Virus record (IMG/VR): IMGVR_UViG_3300017909_000609
Coordinates: 1 to 28,874 of that record
Direction: 5' to 3' (one strand)
DNA from: a virus
Taxonomy: Duplodnaviria; Caudoviricetes
Length of the DNA stretch: 28,874 nucleotides
Under the pieces are notes generated by a model. The model saw nothing but the letters and a program-made list of their open reading frames with translations, had not been told where the DNA came from and ran no database searches. The position numbers and the translations under genes are program-made. Below, one piece after another: positions 14,696 to 23,096 of the stretch (its first letter is position 1; the number at the start of each line of letters is the position of its first letter).

Positions 14696-14730
14696 GGGCG
14701 GGGCAGGTGGTCAGGGGGGTAGGGGTGGGG
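14696..14730 (+). other. G-rich tract with G-quadruplex potential
   Basis: GGGCGGGGCAGGTGGTCAGGGGGGTAGGGGTGGGG inside AT-rich DNA. Confidence 0.6.
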
Positions 14731-14812
14731 AGTAATACAATCTTACACATTTTGCACTATTTTCCAATTGTAAAGCTAATAACCCAATATGCATAATATT
14801 CACAATATTGCG

Positions 14813-14926
14813 CTCACTGTACAATAAGTACAATCTAGTTAACATATATTGTACTATATATTGTTAACTATATTTTTATATTATAGTTAACTAGATGTTA
14901 CTTATTGTACAATATTATACAGTGAG
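14813..14926. repeat. Large AT-rich nested inverted repeat
   Basis: TGTACAATAAGTA (14818-14830) / TACTTATTGTACA (14899-14911); ATCTAGTTAAC (14833-14843) / GTTAACTAGAT (14886-14896). Confidence 0.8.
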
Positions 14927-14942
14927 ATTAAGGATCTGTCAA
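14914..14942 (-). promoter_or_regulatory. Perfect-consensus sigma70 promoter pointing into the non-coding region
   Basis: TTGACA-N17-TATAAT on the minus strand. Confidence 0.85.
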
Positions 14943-14975
14943 GTGTTTTTTGTTAAAAAAAAACAAAAATAATGC

Positions 14976-15004
14976 TTGACAAAAGTGTAATACAACCCTA
15001 TACT
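14976..15004 (+). promoter_or_regulatory. sigma70 promoter of the packaging/structural arm
   Basis: TTGACA-N17-TATACT with an upstream A/T tract (UP-element-like). Confidence 0.85.
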
Positions 15005-15024
15005 TATATTTATTTCAGATAACT

Positions 15025-15465
15025 ATGTCACATATTTCACAATTTGTACCTAAAGATTCTCGTCCTTCTAAGGACAGAGTGTTAACTGAAAAGCAGCAGA
15101 AGTTTTTGGATTCTTTGGTATCTACAGGAGGTGATCCAAAACTAGCAGCAGAGCTTGCAGGATATGCAGAAGGAAGTCACTCCCAAGTCATAAAAAGTTT
15201 GCAACAAGAAGTGATAGATTTAGCCTCAAATATCCTTGCTCAGTCTGCGCCCCAAGCTGCCTTTAAGCTAGTGGAGGTTATGACTTCAGATGAAGCTATA
15301 CCTCAAGTAAACACTAAGCTACAGGCGGCACAGACTATCCTTGATAGGGTAGGCATATCTAAAACAGATAGGTTAGATGTTAACCACAATGTAGATGTCA
15401 ATGCTGGTAGTTTATTTATACTTCCTGCCAAACAAGTAAATGATATTGAAGGTGAGTTAGATTAA
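15025..15465 (+). CDS. terS: Terminase small subunit
   Basis: N-terminal HTH LTEKQQKFLDSL...AAELAGY, AAQTILDRVG; directly upstream of terL. Confidence 0.85.
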   Translation: MSHISQFVPKDSRPSKDRVLTEKQQKFLDSLVSTGGDPKLAAELAGYAEGSHSQVIKSLQQEVIDLASNILAQSAPQAAFKLVEVMTSDEAIPQVNTKLQAAQTILDRVGISKTDRLDVNHNVDVNAGSLFILPAKQVNDIEGELD

Positions 15466-17317
15466 GTTTCCAGAAACTAAACCTATACGTAGAGGAGCCA
15501 AGCCTTTTGGTTACAAGGTATCAGAAGATGGCGATAAGCTTGTAGCAGTACCTGAAGCTATTCAATTACTAAAAGATACCATTGATGGTGTTATATCTGG
15601 AAAGATAGCAAGCTTGAGAGAAGCGAAAGAGATTATTGAAAACTATTCCGAAGATTCAACAATCTCTCACCAGACAGTCAGTAACTATGTTAAAAAGGCA
15701 AAGATTGAAGCAGGTCTTTTAGACCCTGATGCTCCTAAGAGACAATATAACTTTCACTCAGCTACTAAAGCTAAGATGTCTGCACAGCGTTCTCTTAGAG
15801 AAAAGAAAAAGAAAGAGAAGAAGCTTCAATCAGAGTTAGCGACAGTAAGAACAAGTCTGAAGAAACAAGAAAGTATTCAGAGTAAGCTAGATGAACCAGC
15901 CGATACTTCTACTGTTGAAGGTAAAGTTGTAGATCTAGCAGATGTAGAAAAATTACCAGTAAACGTCCAAGAAGAAATATCAGAAAGAGATGTCATATTC
16001 TCTCCTAATGAAGGGCCGCAGACAGACTTCTTAGCAGCCCCAGAAACGGACGTACTGTATGGTGGCGCAGCAGGGGGCGGTAAGTCCTATGCTATGCTCG
16101 TAGATCCCCTCAGATTCGCTCACAGGGCTGCTCATAGGGCGTTAATACTAAGACGCTCAATGCCTGAACTGAGGGAGCTTATAGACAAGTCTAGGGAGTT
16201 ATATCCAAAGGCTTTTCCGGGATGTAAGTTCAGAGAGGTTGAAAAGATCTGGACATTTCCCAGTGGTGCTAAACTAGAGTTTGGCTTTCTTGAACGTGAT
16301 GCAGACGTATACAGGTATCAAGGTCAAGCATACTCTTGGATTGGTTTTGATGAGATTACTCATTTATCAACAGAGTTTTCTTGGAACTACCTAGCATCAC
16401 GATTGCGTACTACAGATTCTGAGATTACGCCATACATGCGTTGTACAGCTAACCCCGGTGGTGCTGGTGCGACATGGGTAAAGAAGCGTTATGTGAACCC
16501 ATCAGAGCCTAATGAGAGCTTTACAGGCGATGATGGTTTGACACGACGTTTTATACCAGCCCGACTAGAAGACAATCCGTATCTTGCTAAAGATGGTAGA
16601 TACGAACAAATGTTAAAAGCTTTGCCTGACGTACAGCGCAAGCAACTTCTAGAAGGTAACTGGGACATTACAGAGGGTGCTGCCTTTACAGAGTTTGATG
16701 TAATGGAGCATGTTATTACACCCTTTGAGATTCCAGTAGGTTGGGAAAGAGTCAAAGGGATTGACTATGGTTATGCTTCTGAGAGTGCTTGTGTTTGGGG
16801 TTGTGTTGATCCCACTGATGGCACACTAATAATTTACAGAGAGCTATATCGCAAAGGACTCACAGGCGTAGATTTGGCTCAGATGATTACGAACATGGAG
16901 CTACAAGATCCTTTTTCAGTACCCGGAGTGCTTGATACAGCAGCATGGAACAGAACAGGAACAACAGGCCCTACAGTTGGAGAGACACTTCAACGAGCAG
17001 GGCACAAGCTGCGAAGAGCAGATAAAAATAGAATACAGGGTAAAATACAAATCCACGAATACTTACGAGTGCAGCCTAGTGGCAGACCAAAGATACAGAT
17101 ATTTAATAGCTGTCCCAACTTGATACGCGAACTCCAAAGTCTTCCTCTGGATAAATCTAACCCAGAAGATGTTGATACACATGCACCTGACCATGCTTAT
17201 GATGCACTAAGATACTTAGTTATGTCAAGACCTAAAGTCAACGACATTTTTAGTCAGTTCAGAAACATGAGAATGGAACAGGCATACACACCCGTTGATG
17301 CGGAGTTTGGATATTAA
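15461..17317 (+). CDS. terL: Terminase large subunit with a long N-terminal extension; start uncertain (ATT 15461 or TTG 15614)
   Basis: Walker A YGGAAGGGKS, Walker B WIGFDEITH, TANPGG, nuclease GIDYG and DHAYDALRY; frame open back to 15461. Confidence 0.93.
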   Translation: MKFPETKPIRRGAKPFGYKVSEDGDKLVAVPEAIQLLKDTIDGVISGKIASLREAKEIIENYSEDSTISHQTVSNYVKKAKIEAGLLDPDAPKRQYNFHSATKAKMSAQRSLREKKKKEKKLQSELATVRTSLKKQESIQSKLDEPADTSTVEGKVVDLADVEKLPVNVQEEISERDVIFSPNEGPQTDFLAAPETDVLYGGAAGGGKSYAMLVDPLRFAHRAAHRALILRRSMPELRELIDKSRELYPKAFPGCKFREVEKIWTFPSGAKLEFGFLERDADVYRYQGQAYSWIGFDEITHLSTEFSWNYLASRLRTTDSEITPYMRCTANPGGAGATWVKKRYVNPSEPNESFTGDDGLTRRFIPARLEDNPYLAKDGRYEQMLKALPDVQRKQLLEGNWDITEGAAFTEFDVMEHVITPFEIPVGWERVKGIDYGYASESACVWGCVDPTDGTLIIYRELYRKGLTGVDLAQMITNMELQDPFSVPGVLDTAAWNRTGTTGPTVGETLQRAGHKLRRADKNRIQGKIQIHEYLRVQPSGRPKIQIFNSCPNLIRELQSLPLDKSNPEDVDTHAPDHAYDALRYLVMSRPKVNDIFSQFRNMRMEQAYTPVDAEFGY

Positions 17318-19464
17318 TGGCAGAAAATACTTTAACAGCGAATGATATTTACTTTGGAGAAGTTGAAGGCGAACAGGGCCTAGAGCTTACTCTTGAAGAA
17401 AGTCTTCGTAATAATTTAGTAGGTCTTATCAATGACCGCTATGTTTCTGCTAAGACAGCTAGAGACTTAGATGAGCAACGATGGCTTACAGCATACCACA
17501 ATTATCGTGGTTTGTATGGTAAAAATGTAAGATTCCGTGAATCTGAAAAGTCTAGAGTGTTTGTAAAAGTAACAAAGACTAAGGTGCTTGCAGCCTTTGG
17601 TCAACTTGTAGATGTAGTGTTCGGTGCGAATAAGTTCCCTATTGGTATTAGTGAAACTAAGATGCCTGAAGGGATTCCTGAGTATGCACACATTCAACCC
17701 GGAATTGAAACATCTGAAAGCGAAGTACAAGAAGAACAAGAAAATCCGTTTGACGTAGGTTTTGAAGGCGATGGTAAAGTACTAAAGCCGGGAGCAACTT
17801 ACGGAACAGGTAAGTTTGAAGATATAAAATTAGATAAGCAAGCCGAAGAAAAGGGTATGCTTGCTGAAGGCCCTTCTCCAGACCCTCAAGCTCTTGAACT
17901 TAGTCCTGCACAAAAAGCTGCAAGACGCATGGAAAAACTTATACACGATCAGATAGAGGAGTCTAACGGCGCTAGTGAAATTAGAAACGCATTATTTGAA
18001 TCAGCTTTATTCGGCACAGGAATCGTCAAAGGGCCGTTCAACTTTAACAAAACATTACACAGATGGACAGAAGGAGAGGGCGGTGATAGAACTTACTCTC
18101 CTGTGGATGTGCGGGTTCCTCGTTTGGAGTTTGTTAGCATCTGGGATTTCTTTCCAGACCCCAACGCAACAAATGTTAATGAATCCGAATATGTATTCCA
18201 TCGACATAAAATGAATCGAACACAGCTTCGTAGTCTAGGTAAAATGCCTTACTTTGACAAAGAAGCCATACGTACTTGTCTCCAGATGGGGCCTAACTAC
18301 GTAGAAGAAGATTATGAACAAGAACTAAAAGATGACAGCCGAAACGATGAATACGGCGCATCTCAGTATGAAGTTCTAGAGTATTGGGGCGTGATGGATG
18401 CGGAATACTGTCGCCAAGTAGGTATGGAAATACCCGAAGATGTAGACGACCTAGATGAAGTCCAAATTAATGCTTGGGTTTGTAATGGTCAAATGCTTCG
18501 CAGTGTTGTAAATCCATTCACCCCCTTCCGAATACCGTATCATTCTTTTAGCTATGAAAAAAATCCCTATAGTTTTTTTGGTATTGGCGTAGCAGAAAAC
18601 ATGGATGATTCTCAAAAGATTATGAATGGTCATGCACGTATGGCTATTGATAATCTTGCGCTATCAGGATCAGTTATTTTTGATGTTGATGAGACTGCTC
18701 TTGTAGGCGGTCAGAACATGGAAATATACCCCGGTAAAGTATTTAGGCGACAAGCTGGTGTACCGGGAACAGCTATAAATGGCTTAAAGTTTCCTAACAC
18801 TACTATAGAAAACATGCAGATGTTTGACAAGTTTCGACAACTTGCAGACGAACAAACAGGTATTCCATCTTATAGTCATGGTCAAACAGGCGTACAAAGC
18901 ATGACACGTACTGCATCAGGTATGTCTATGTTGCTTGGTGCAGCTTCGTTGAATATTAAAACGGTAATTAAAAACCTTGATGACTTCTTATTGAAGCCTT
19001 TGGGTGAAGCATACTTTCAATGGAACATGCAGTTTTCAGATCGTAAGTTAGGTATAGATGGTGATTTAGAAGTCAAGGCTACAGGCACAAATAGTTTAAT
19101 GCAGAAGGAAGTACGAAGTCAACGCTTGACAATGTTCCTTCAGACCGCAGCTAATCCTGCTGTCGCTCCGTTTATTAAGATGAACAAACTCATTAGTGAA
19201 CTGGCATATAGTCTTGATCTAGACCCAGATGAACTAATGAATGACCCTGAAGAAGCTGCAATAATGGCTCAAATTATAGGAATGCAAAATGCTGGACAAA
19301 CAGTTAGCCCGGAAGCTGGCCCCGCTGGTCAAGAACCCGGAGGTATGGGAGCCGCTCAAGGAGTACCTGAACAGCCTCAAGACCTTGGAGTTACAGGTAC
19401 TGGTGGGGGCAACATCGGAACTGGAAATGTTCCGCAGTCAGGGGAAGATGAATTTTCTGGCTAA
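17317..19464 (+). CDS. Portal (head-tail connector) protein
   Basis: 715 aa directly after terL; ALFGTGIVKG, WDFFPDP, PYSFFGIGVAE, TASGMSML. Confidence 0.9.
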   Translation: MAENTLTANDIYFGEVEGEQGLELTLEESLRNNLVGLINDRYVSAKTARDLDEQRWLTAYHNYRGLYGKNVRFRESEKSRVFVKVTKTKVLAAFGQLVDVVFGANKFPIGISETKMPEGIPEYAHIQPGIETSESEVQEEQENPFDVGFEGDGKVLKPGATYGTGKFEDIKLDKQAEEKGMLAEGPSPDPQALELSPAQKAARRMEKLIHDQIEESNGASEIRNALFESALFGTGIVKGPFNFNKTLHRWTEGEGGDRTYSPVDVRVPRLEFVSIWDFFPDPNATNVNESEYVFHRHKMNRTQLRSLGKMPYFDKEAIRTCLQMGPNYVEEDYEQELKDDSRNDEYGASQYEVLEYWGVMDAEYCRQVGMEIPEDVDDLDEVQINAWVCNGQMLRSVVNPFTPFRIPYHSFSYEKNPYSFFGIGVAENMDDSQKIMNGHARMAIDNLALSGSVIFDVDETALVGGQNMEIYPGKVFRRQAGVPGTAINGLKFPNTTIENMQMFDKFRQLADEQTGIPSYSHGQTGVQSMTRTASGMSMLLGAASLNIKTVIKNLDDFLLKPLGEAYFQWNMQFSDRKLGIDGDLEVKATGTNSLMQKEVRSQRLTMFLQTAANPAVAPFIKMNKLISELAYSLDLDPDELMNDPEEAAIMAQIIGMQNAGQTVSPEAGPAGQEPGGMGAAQGVPEQPQDLGVTGTGGGNIGTGNVPQSGEDEFSG

Positions 19465-19522
19465 GTTAGAGATGTTACCTGCTCAAGTAGAAGAAGCACT
19501 TAATAGGAAAGAATATGAATAA
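19289..19522 (+). CDS. Small hypothetical protein (77 aa) overlapping the portal 3' end
   Basis: Amphipathic helical ORF with AGGA upstream; its stop overlaps the start of the next gene. Confidence 0.65.
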   Translation: MLDKQLARKLAPLVKNPEVWEPLKEYLNSLKTLELQVLVGATSELEMFRSQGKMNFLAKLEMLPAQVEEALNRKEYE

Positions 19523-20561
19523 AAATGATGAAAGGTTTGATCCTGTAAAAGGTTACATAGATATGTACCGTACATTTGAGCGTAGTCTTGCAGCAGCAGA
19601 GTCTAATGAGCAACGTGAAACTATTAAGAAAAATTTTATTAAAGATACCAGTAATGTAAGCGATATGACTAAGATCGCTGCAATGAAAGAAATAGATAAG
19701 GAGCGTATGGCGCGTGAAGGAAAAGCTAAAGGCGGTAAGTTTCCAGATCTTACAGGCGATGGAAAGGTTACTCAGGCAGATGTCTTAAAGGGGCGTGGGG
19801 TTTTTAATGAAGGAGGGTCTTCTAAAGAAAATCCTAAAGATATTCCTGAAAGTGGGATGTTTCAGGGATTATCTTTATTAGGAGTATCTCAGTCCACTAT
19901 AGATAAAATGACTAAATCTGTAGGTGATATACCTAAATCTGTGGTAGATTCTATAATTTATTTAGGTGATAAAGCTAGAGATGCAGGAATTATAGATAAA
20001 CCAGAAAGAAAACAAAAAGCAGATGGTTCTCTTATGATGCCTACAGAAGGTATGCCAGTAGACACCTATCCAAACATACCAGAAGATGAAATGGATGAAG
20101 CAATGGCATCGCAGCTTCCAGACGATGAAATGGAAGACGATTATATTAGTTACGTCATGGACGAATCCCTTGACGATGAAGAACAAGATTACCTAGCAGG
20201 TGTGTTACAAGACGATCCAAGACTATCAGACATCTTGGACAAAGTAATTACAGTTGCTTCAGAGTTTTCGGGTGCTGGCGAAGTAGACGGCCCCGGAACT
20301 GGTGTATCAGATTCTATCCCCGCTCGTTTGAGTGACGGAGAGTTTGTATTTACCAGAAAAGCAACCGACCAGATTGGTGCAGACAATCTCCAGCGAATGA
20401 TGGATGATGCTGAACGTGCCTATGATGGCGGTTTACAACGTGAAGACATGGCTATTGGTGGCATGGCGAAAGATGAAGAAGAACTTTCTTCATTGAGTAA
20501 AACCGATGAGGAAATTAAAAAGCTCATGATGGGTGCCAACAAAATGCCTAGTCTTCGTTAA
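19515..20561 (+). CDS. Acidic head-associated hypothetical protein
   Basis: DLTGDGKVTQAD (EF-hand-like) and GPGTGVSDSIPARLSDGEFV motifs; lies between portal and scaffold. Confidence 0.75.
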   Translation: MNKNDERFDPVKGYIDMYRTFERSLAAAESNEQRETIKKNFIKDTSNVSDMTKIAAMKEIDKERMAREGKAKGGKFPDLTGDGKVTQADVLKGRGVFNEGGSSKENPKDIPESGMFQGLSLLGVSQSTIDKMTKSVGDIPKSVVDSIIYLGDKARDAGIIDKPERKQKADGSLMMPTEGMPVDTYPNIPEDEMDEAMASQLPDDEMEDDYISYVMDESLDDEEQDYLAGVLQDDPRLSDILDKVITVASEFSGAGEVDGPGTGVSDSIPARLSDGEFVFTRKATDQIGADNLQRMMDDAERAYDGGLQREDMAIGGMAKDEEELSSLSKTDEEIKKLMMGANKMPSLR

Positions 20562-20567
20562 TTTTAC

Positions 20568-20638
20568 GGCTACCTTGGTAAGACAAGCCCCATAAACTCG
20601 ACGGAGTTAATATGGCTACCTTGCAAGACACAAGCCCC
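20568..20638 (+). promoter_or_regulatory. Duplicated GGCUAC-hairpin-CCCC RNA element upstream of the scaffold gene
   Basis: GGCTAC-CTTG-gtaaga-CAAG-CCCC (20568-20591) and GGCTAC-CTTG-caagaca-CAAG-CCCC (20614-20638). Confidence 0.6.
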
Positions 20639-20654
20639 GTGAAGGAGATTGAGA

Positions 20655-21488
20655 ATGTCAGAAGTACAACAAGAGGAAACACCTAACCCATACAACGCTA
20701 AGAAAGCTTGGCATACGCCAGACAAGCCTAGTATGGGAAGTGCAGACGGTTTATTTTACGAGCCACAGCAAGCACAGGCTACCCCTGAAGAGGCCCCTGT
20801 AGAACAAGAAGCTGAACCTCGAAAAAGAACTAACTATAAAAAGCGATACGATGATCTAAAGAAACATTATGATCAAAAGCTTTCTGAGTTTAAGCAAAAG
20901 GAACAAGAACTTTTAGCTATGGCTCAGTCAGCACAACCTCGTTATGAACCGCCTAAGTCTGAAGAAGAGTTAGAAAGTTTTAAACAGGAGTATCCTGATT
21001 TGTATAACACTGTTGAGTCTGTAGCACATATGCAGAGTCAGCGGCAGGTTGCAGATCTTGAAGCACAACTACAGTCTATGCGGCAACGTGAGTCTGAGAT
21101 AATGCGACGAGAAGCTGAGACTACATTGAAGCAACGTCATCCAGACTTTGAAGACATCAGAGGGGATGAAGAGTTTCATTCGTGGGCTAAGGAGCAACCA
21201 GAGCAAATTCAGGATTGGGTATATAATAACCCAGATAATGTTGCTTTGGCTTCAAAAGCTATTGATCTGTACAAGTTGGAAAGAGGCATTACTCAAACAA
21301 AATCACAGCCCAGACAAAAACAACAGGGGAGTGCAGCAGACATGGTATCAACCAAAACAACTAACATTGATGCTGGACAACCTAAAATCTGGACTGAACG
21401 GGAAATCGCTGCTATGTCCCTAGATCAGTTTGATAGATATGAAGATGATATTAAACAAGCAATGATGGAGGGTCGCGTAGTAGCATAA
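20655..21488 (+). CDS. Capsid scaffolding protein
   Basis: Acidic coiled coil, YKKRYDDLKKHYD, HPDFEDI, C-terminal AMMEGRV; directly before the capsid gene; SD AAGGAG favours ATG 20655. Confidence 0.8.
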   Translation: MSEVQQEETPNPYNAKKAWHTPDKPSMGSADGLFYEPQQAQATPEEAPVEQEAEPRKRTNYKKRYDDLKKHYDQKLSEFKQKEQELLAMAQSAQPRYEPPKSEEELESFKQEYPDLYNTVESVAHMQSQRQVADLEAQLQSMRQRESEIMRREAETTLKQRHPDFEDIRGDEEFHSWAKEQPEQIQDWVYNNPDNVALASKAIDLYKLERGITQTKSQPRQKQQGSAADMVSTKTTNIDAGQPKIWTEREIAAMSLDQFDRYEDDIKQAMMEGRVVA

Positions 21489-21517
21489 TTAATTTGTGTT
21501 ATTAGGAGAATATTAAC

Positions 21518-22507
21518 ATGGCTTTTAATGTAAGTGACCAATTTTTTGAACCGTCAACTGATACAGATGCAAACTTTGCAAATTCTGTATCAGGTCAGAC
21601 TAATTCATTTTTCCTACCTAAAGTTTATTCCAAGCAGGTACTAAACTTTTTCCGTAAGGCTTCTGTAATTGAAGCAATCACTAACACGGACTATGCTGGT
21701 GAAATTGCAGCATTCGGTGATAGTGTTCGCATCATCAAAGAGCCTGAAATTACTGTTTATCAGTATGAGCGTGGTCAAGACGTAACTCAGACCAAGCTGA
21801 CCGACCTAGAAGTAACTTTGGTTGTTGACACTGCAAACGCATTTAAGTTTATCGTAGATGACATTGAAACAAATATGTCTCACGTTAACTTCCGTGACGT
21901 TGCTACGTCTTCAGCAGCTTACTCTTTGCGCGATGCTTTTGACCAAGGCGTTCTAGCTTCTATGTTCTCTGGTGTATCTAGCTCTGGCCCTGACCATGTA
22001 ATTGGTGCAGACGCTGCTGCTGGTACTGGCGGTGTAGCTGAAACCACTGCTTCCGTAGACCTTTTGGGTAGCGATGGCACTGGTGTAGACGCTATTGACC
22101 TGATGGCTCGTATGGCACGATTGCTGGACGATCAAAACATCCCTGAAGAAGGTCGATGGTTTGTAGCTCCTCCTTCGTTCTACGAAGAGCTATCACAGTC
22201 TGGATCTAAGTTGCTGTCTGTAGACTTCAACGCTGGTCAAGGTTCTATCCGTAACGGTTTGGTAAGCTCTGGCAAGTTGCGTGGCTTTGATATGTACAAG
22301 TCAAACAACATTGCTGCTACTACTACCGCTTCTGGTAAAGTAATGGCTGGACACATGTCTTCTACGGCTACTGCTCAAACTATTACCAGCACTGAGGTTC
22401 TTCGTGACCCAGATAGCTTCGGTGATATTGTTCGTGGTCTGCACGTATACGGTGCTAAGGTGCTTCGTCCAGAAGCTCTAGTATCCGCATTCTACACTGT
22501 AGACTAA
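21518..22507 (+). CDS. Major capsid protein
   Basis: 329 aa; FLPKVYSKQVL, TDYAGEI..FGDSVRI, IPEEGRWFVAPP, GFDMYKSNN, DIVRGLHVYGAKVLRPEAL; SD AGGAG; followed by a terminator. Confidence 0.92.
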   Translation: MAFNVSDQFFEPSTDTDANFANSVSGQTNSFFLPKVYSKQVLNFFRKASVIEAITNTDYAGEIAAFGDSVRIIKEPEITVYQYERGQDVTQTKLTDLEVTLVVDTANAFKFIVDDIETNMSHVNFRDVATSSAAYSLRDAFDQGVLASMFSGVSSSGPDHVIGADAAAGTGGVAETTASVDLLGSDGTGVDAIDLMARMARLLDDQNIPEEGRWFVAPPSFYEELSQSGSKLLSVDFNAGQGSIRNGLVSSGKLRGFDMYKSNNIAATTTASGKVMAGHMSSTATAQTITSTEVLRDPDSFGDIVRGLHVYGAKVLRPEALVSAFYTVD

Positions 22508-22515
22508 ATAGGATT

Positions 22516-22548
22516 GGGGGCTGCTTAGGTGGCCCCCTTTCTTTTCTT
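22516..22548 (+). terminator. Intrinsic terminator after the capsid gene
   Basis: GGGGGCUGC-UUAG-GUGGCCCCC followed by UUUCUUUUCUU. Confidence 0.8.
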
Positions 22549-22558
22549 GGAGATTTTA

Positions 22559-22771
22559 ATGCCTCAGATTGGATCAGAAAAAAACTCAGTAGTTCTTCGT
22601 AGCGGTCAACGCAACAAAGGGCGTACACTTGGAGTAACAGGAAGTTTTTATAAAACTGAAAACAAAGCAAAGTACGATTCAAACTGGGATAGAATCTTTG
22701 GCAAAAAACATCAAACAGAATTTGATATTGCTAGGAAAAAAAGTAAAACATTCTCAACGGAGCAAGACTAA
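22559..22771 (+). CDS. Small basic hypothetical protein
   Basis: Start MPQIG at 22559 with SD GGAG; KYDSNWDRIFGKK. Confidence 0.7.
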   Translation: MPQIGSEKNSVVLRSGQRNKGRTLGVTGSFYKTENKAKYDSNWDRIFGKKHQTEFDIARKKSKTFSTEQD

Positions 22772-22953
22772 TGGATCATGGAAAAAAGAAGATGATGGGC
22801 GGCGGCTACAACATGATGATGGAAGAAGACAAAAAGAAGTCACGTAGAGGCGCTGCTATGGGCCGGATGATGTATGGTCATGGCGGTAAAGCTTCCTCTG
22901 ATATTTATGCAATGGAAGCTGCTTGCAACAAAATGGCAAAGAGAACAAAATAA
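22771..22953 (+). CDS. Small Met/Lys/Gly-rich protein
   Basis: TAATG coupling on both sides; SD GGAG. Confidence 0.7.
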   Translation: MDHGKKKMMGGGYNMMMEEDKKKSRRGAAMGRMMYGHGGKASSDIYAMEAACNKMAKRTK

Positions 22954-23096
22954 TGAAGGTAGAAGCACCTAAAGGCTATCACTGGATGAAGTCTGGTAAG
23001 TCTTATAAGCTTATGAAAGATCCTAAAGATGGATACAAGGCTCACAAGGGCGCAAGTAAGTCAGCAAACTTTGAGGTTCAAAAGGTACATAAATAA
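22953..23096 (+). CDS. Small Lys-rich protein (47 aa)
   Basis: MKVEAPKGYHWMKSGKSYKLMKDPKDGYKAHKGASKSANFEVQKVHK*; TAATG overlaps at both ends; not in the ORF track. Confidence 0.7.
   Translation: MKVEAPKGYHWMKSGKSYKLMKDPKDGYKAHKGASKSANFEVQKVHK

Noticed and set aside
14717-14724. KOPS motif GGGTAGGG
   Set aside because: The same octamer class occurs inside genes (e.g. 7381), and it is expected by chance in a G tract.
14854-14863. NrdR-box core CTATATATTG
   Set aside because: Single copy in very AT-rich palindromic DNA, poor flanks, and far from nrdA.
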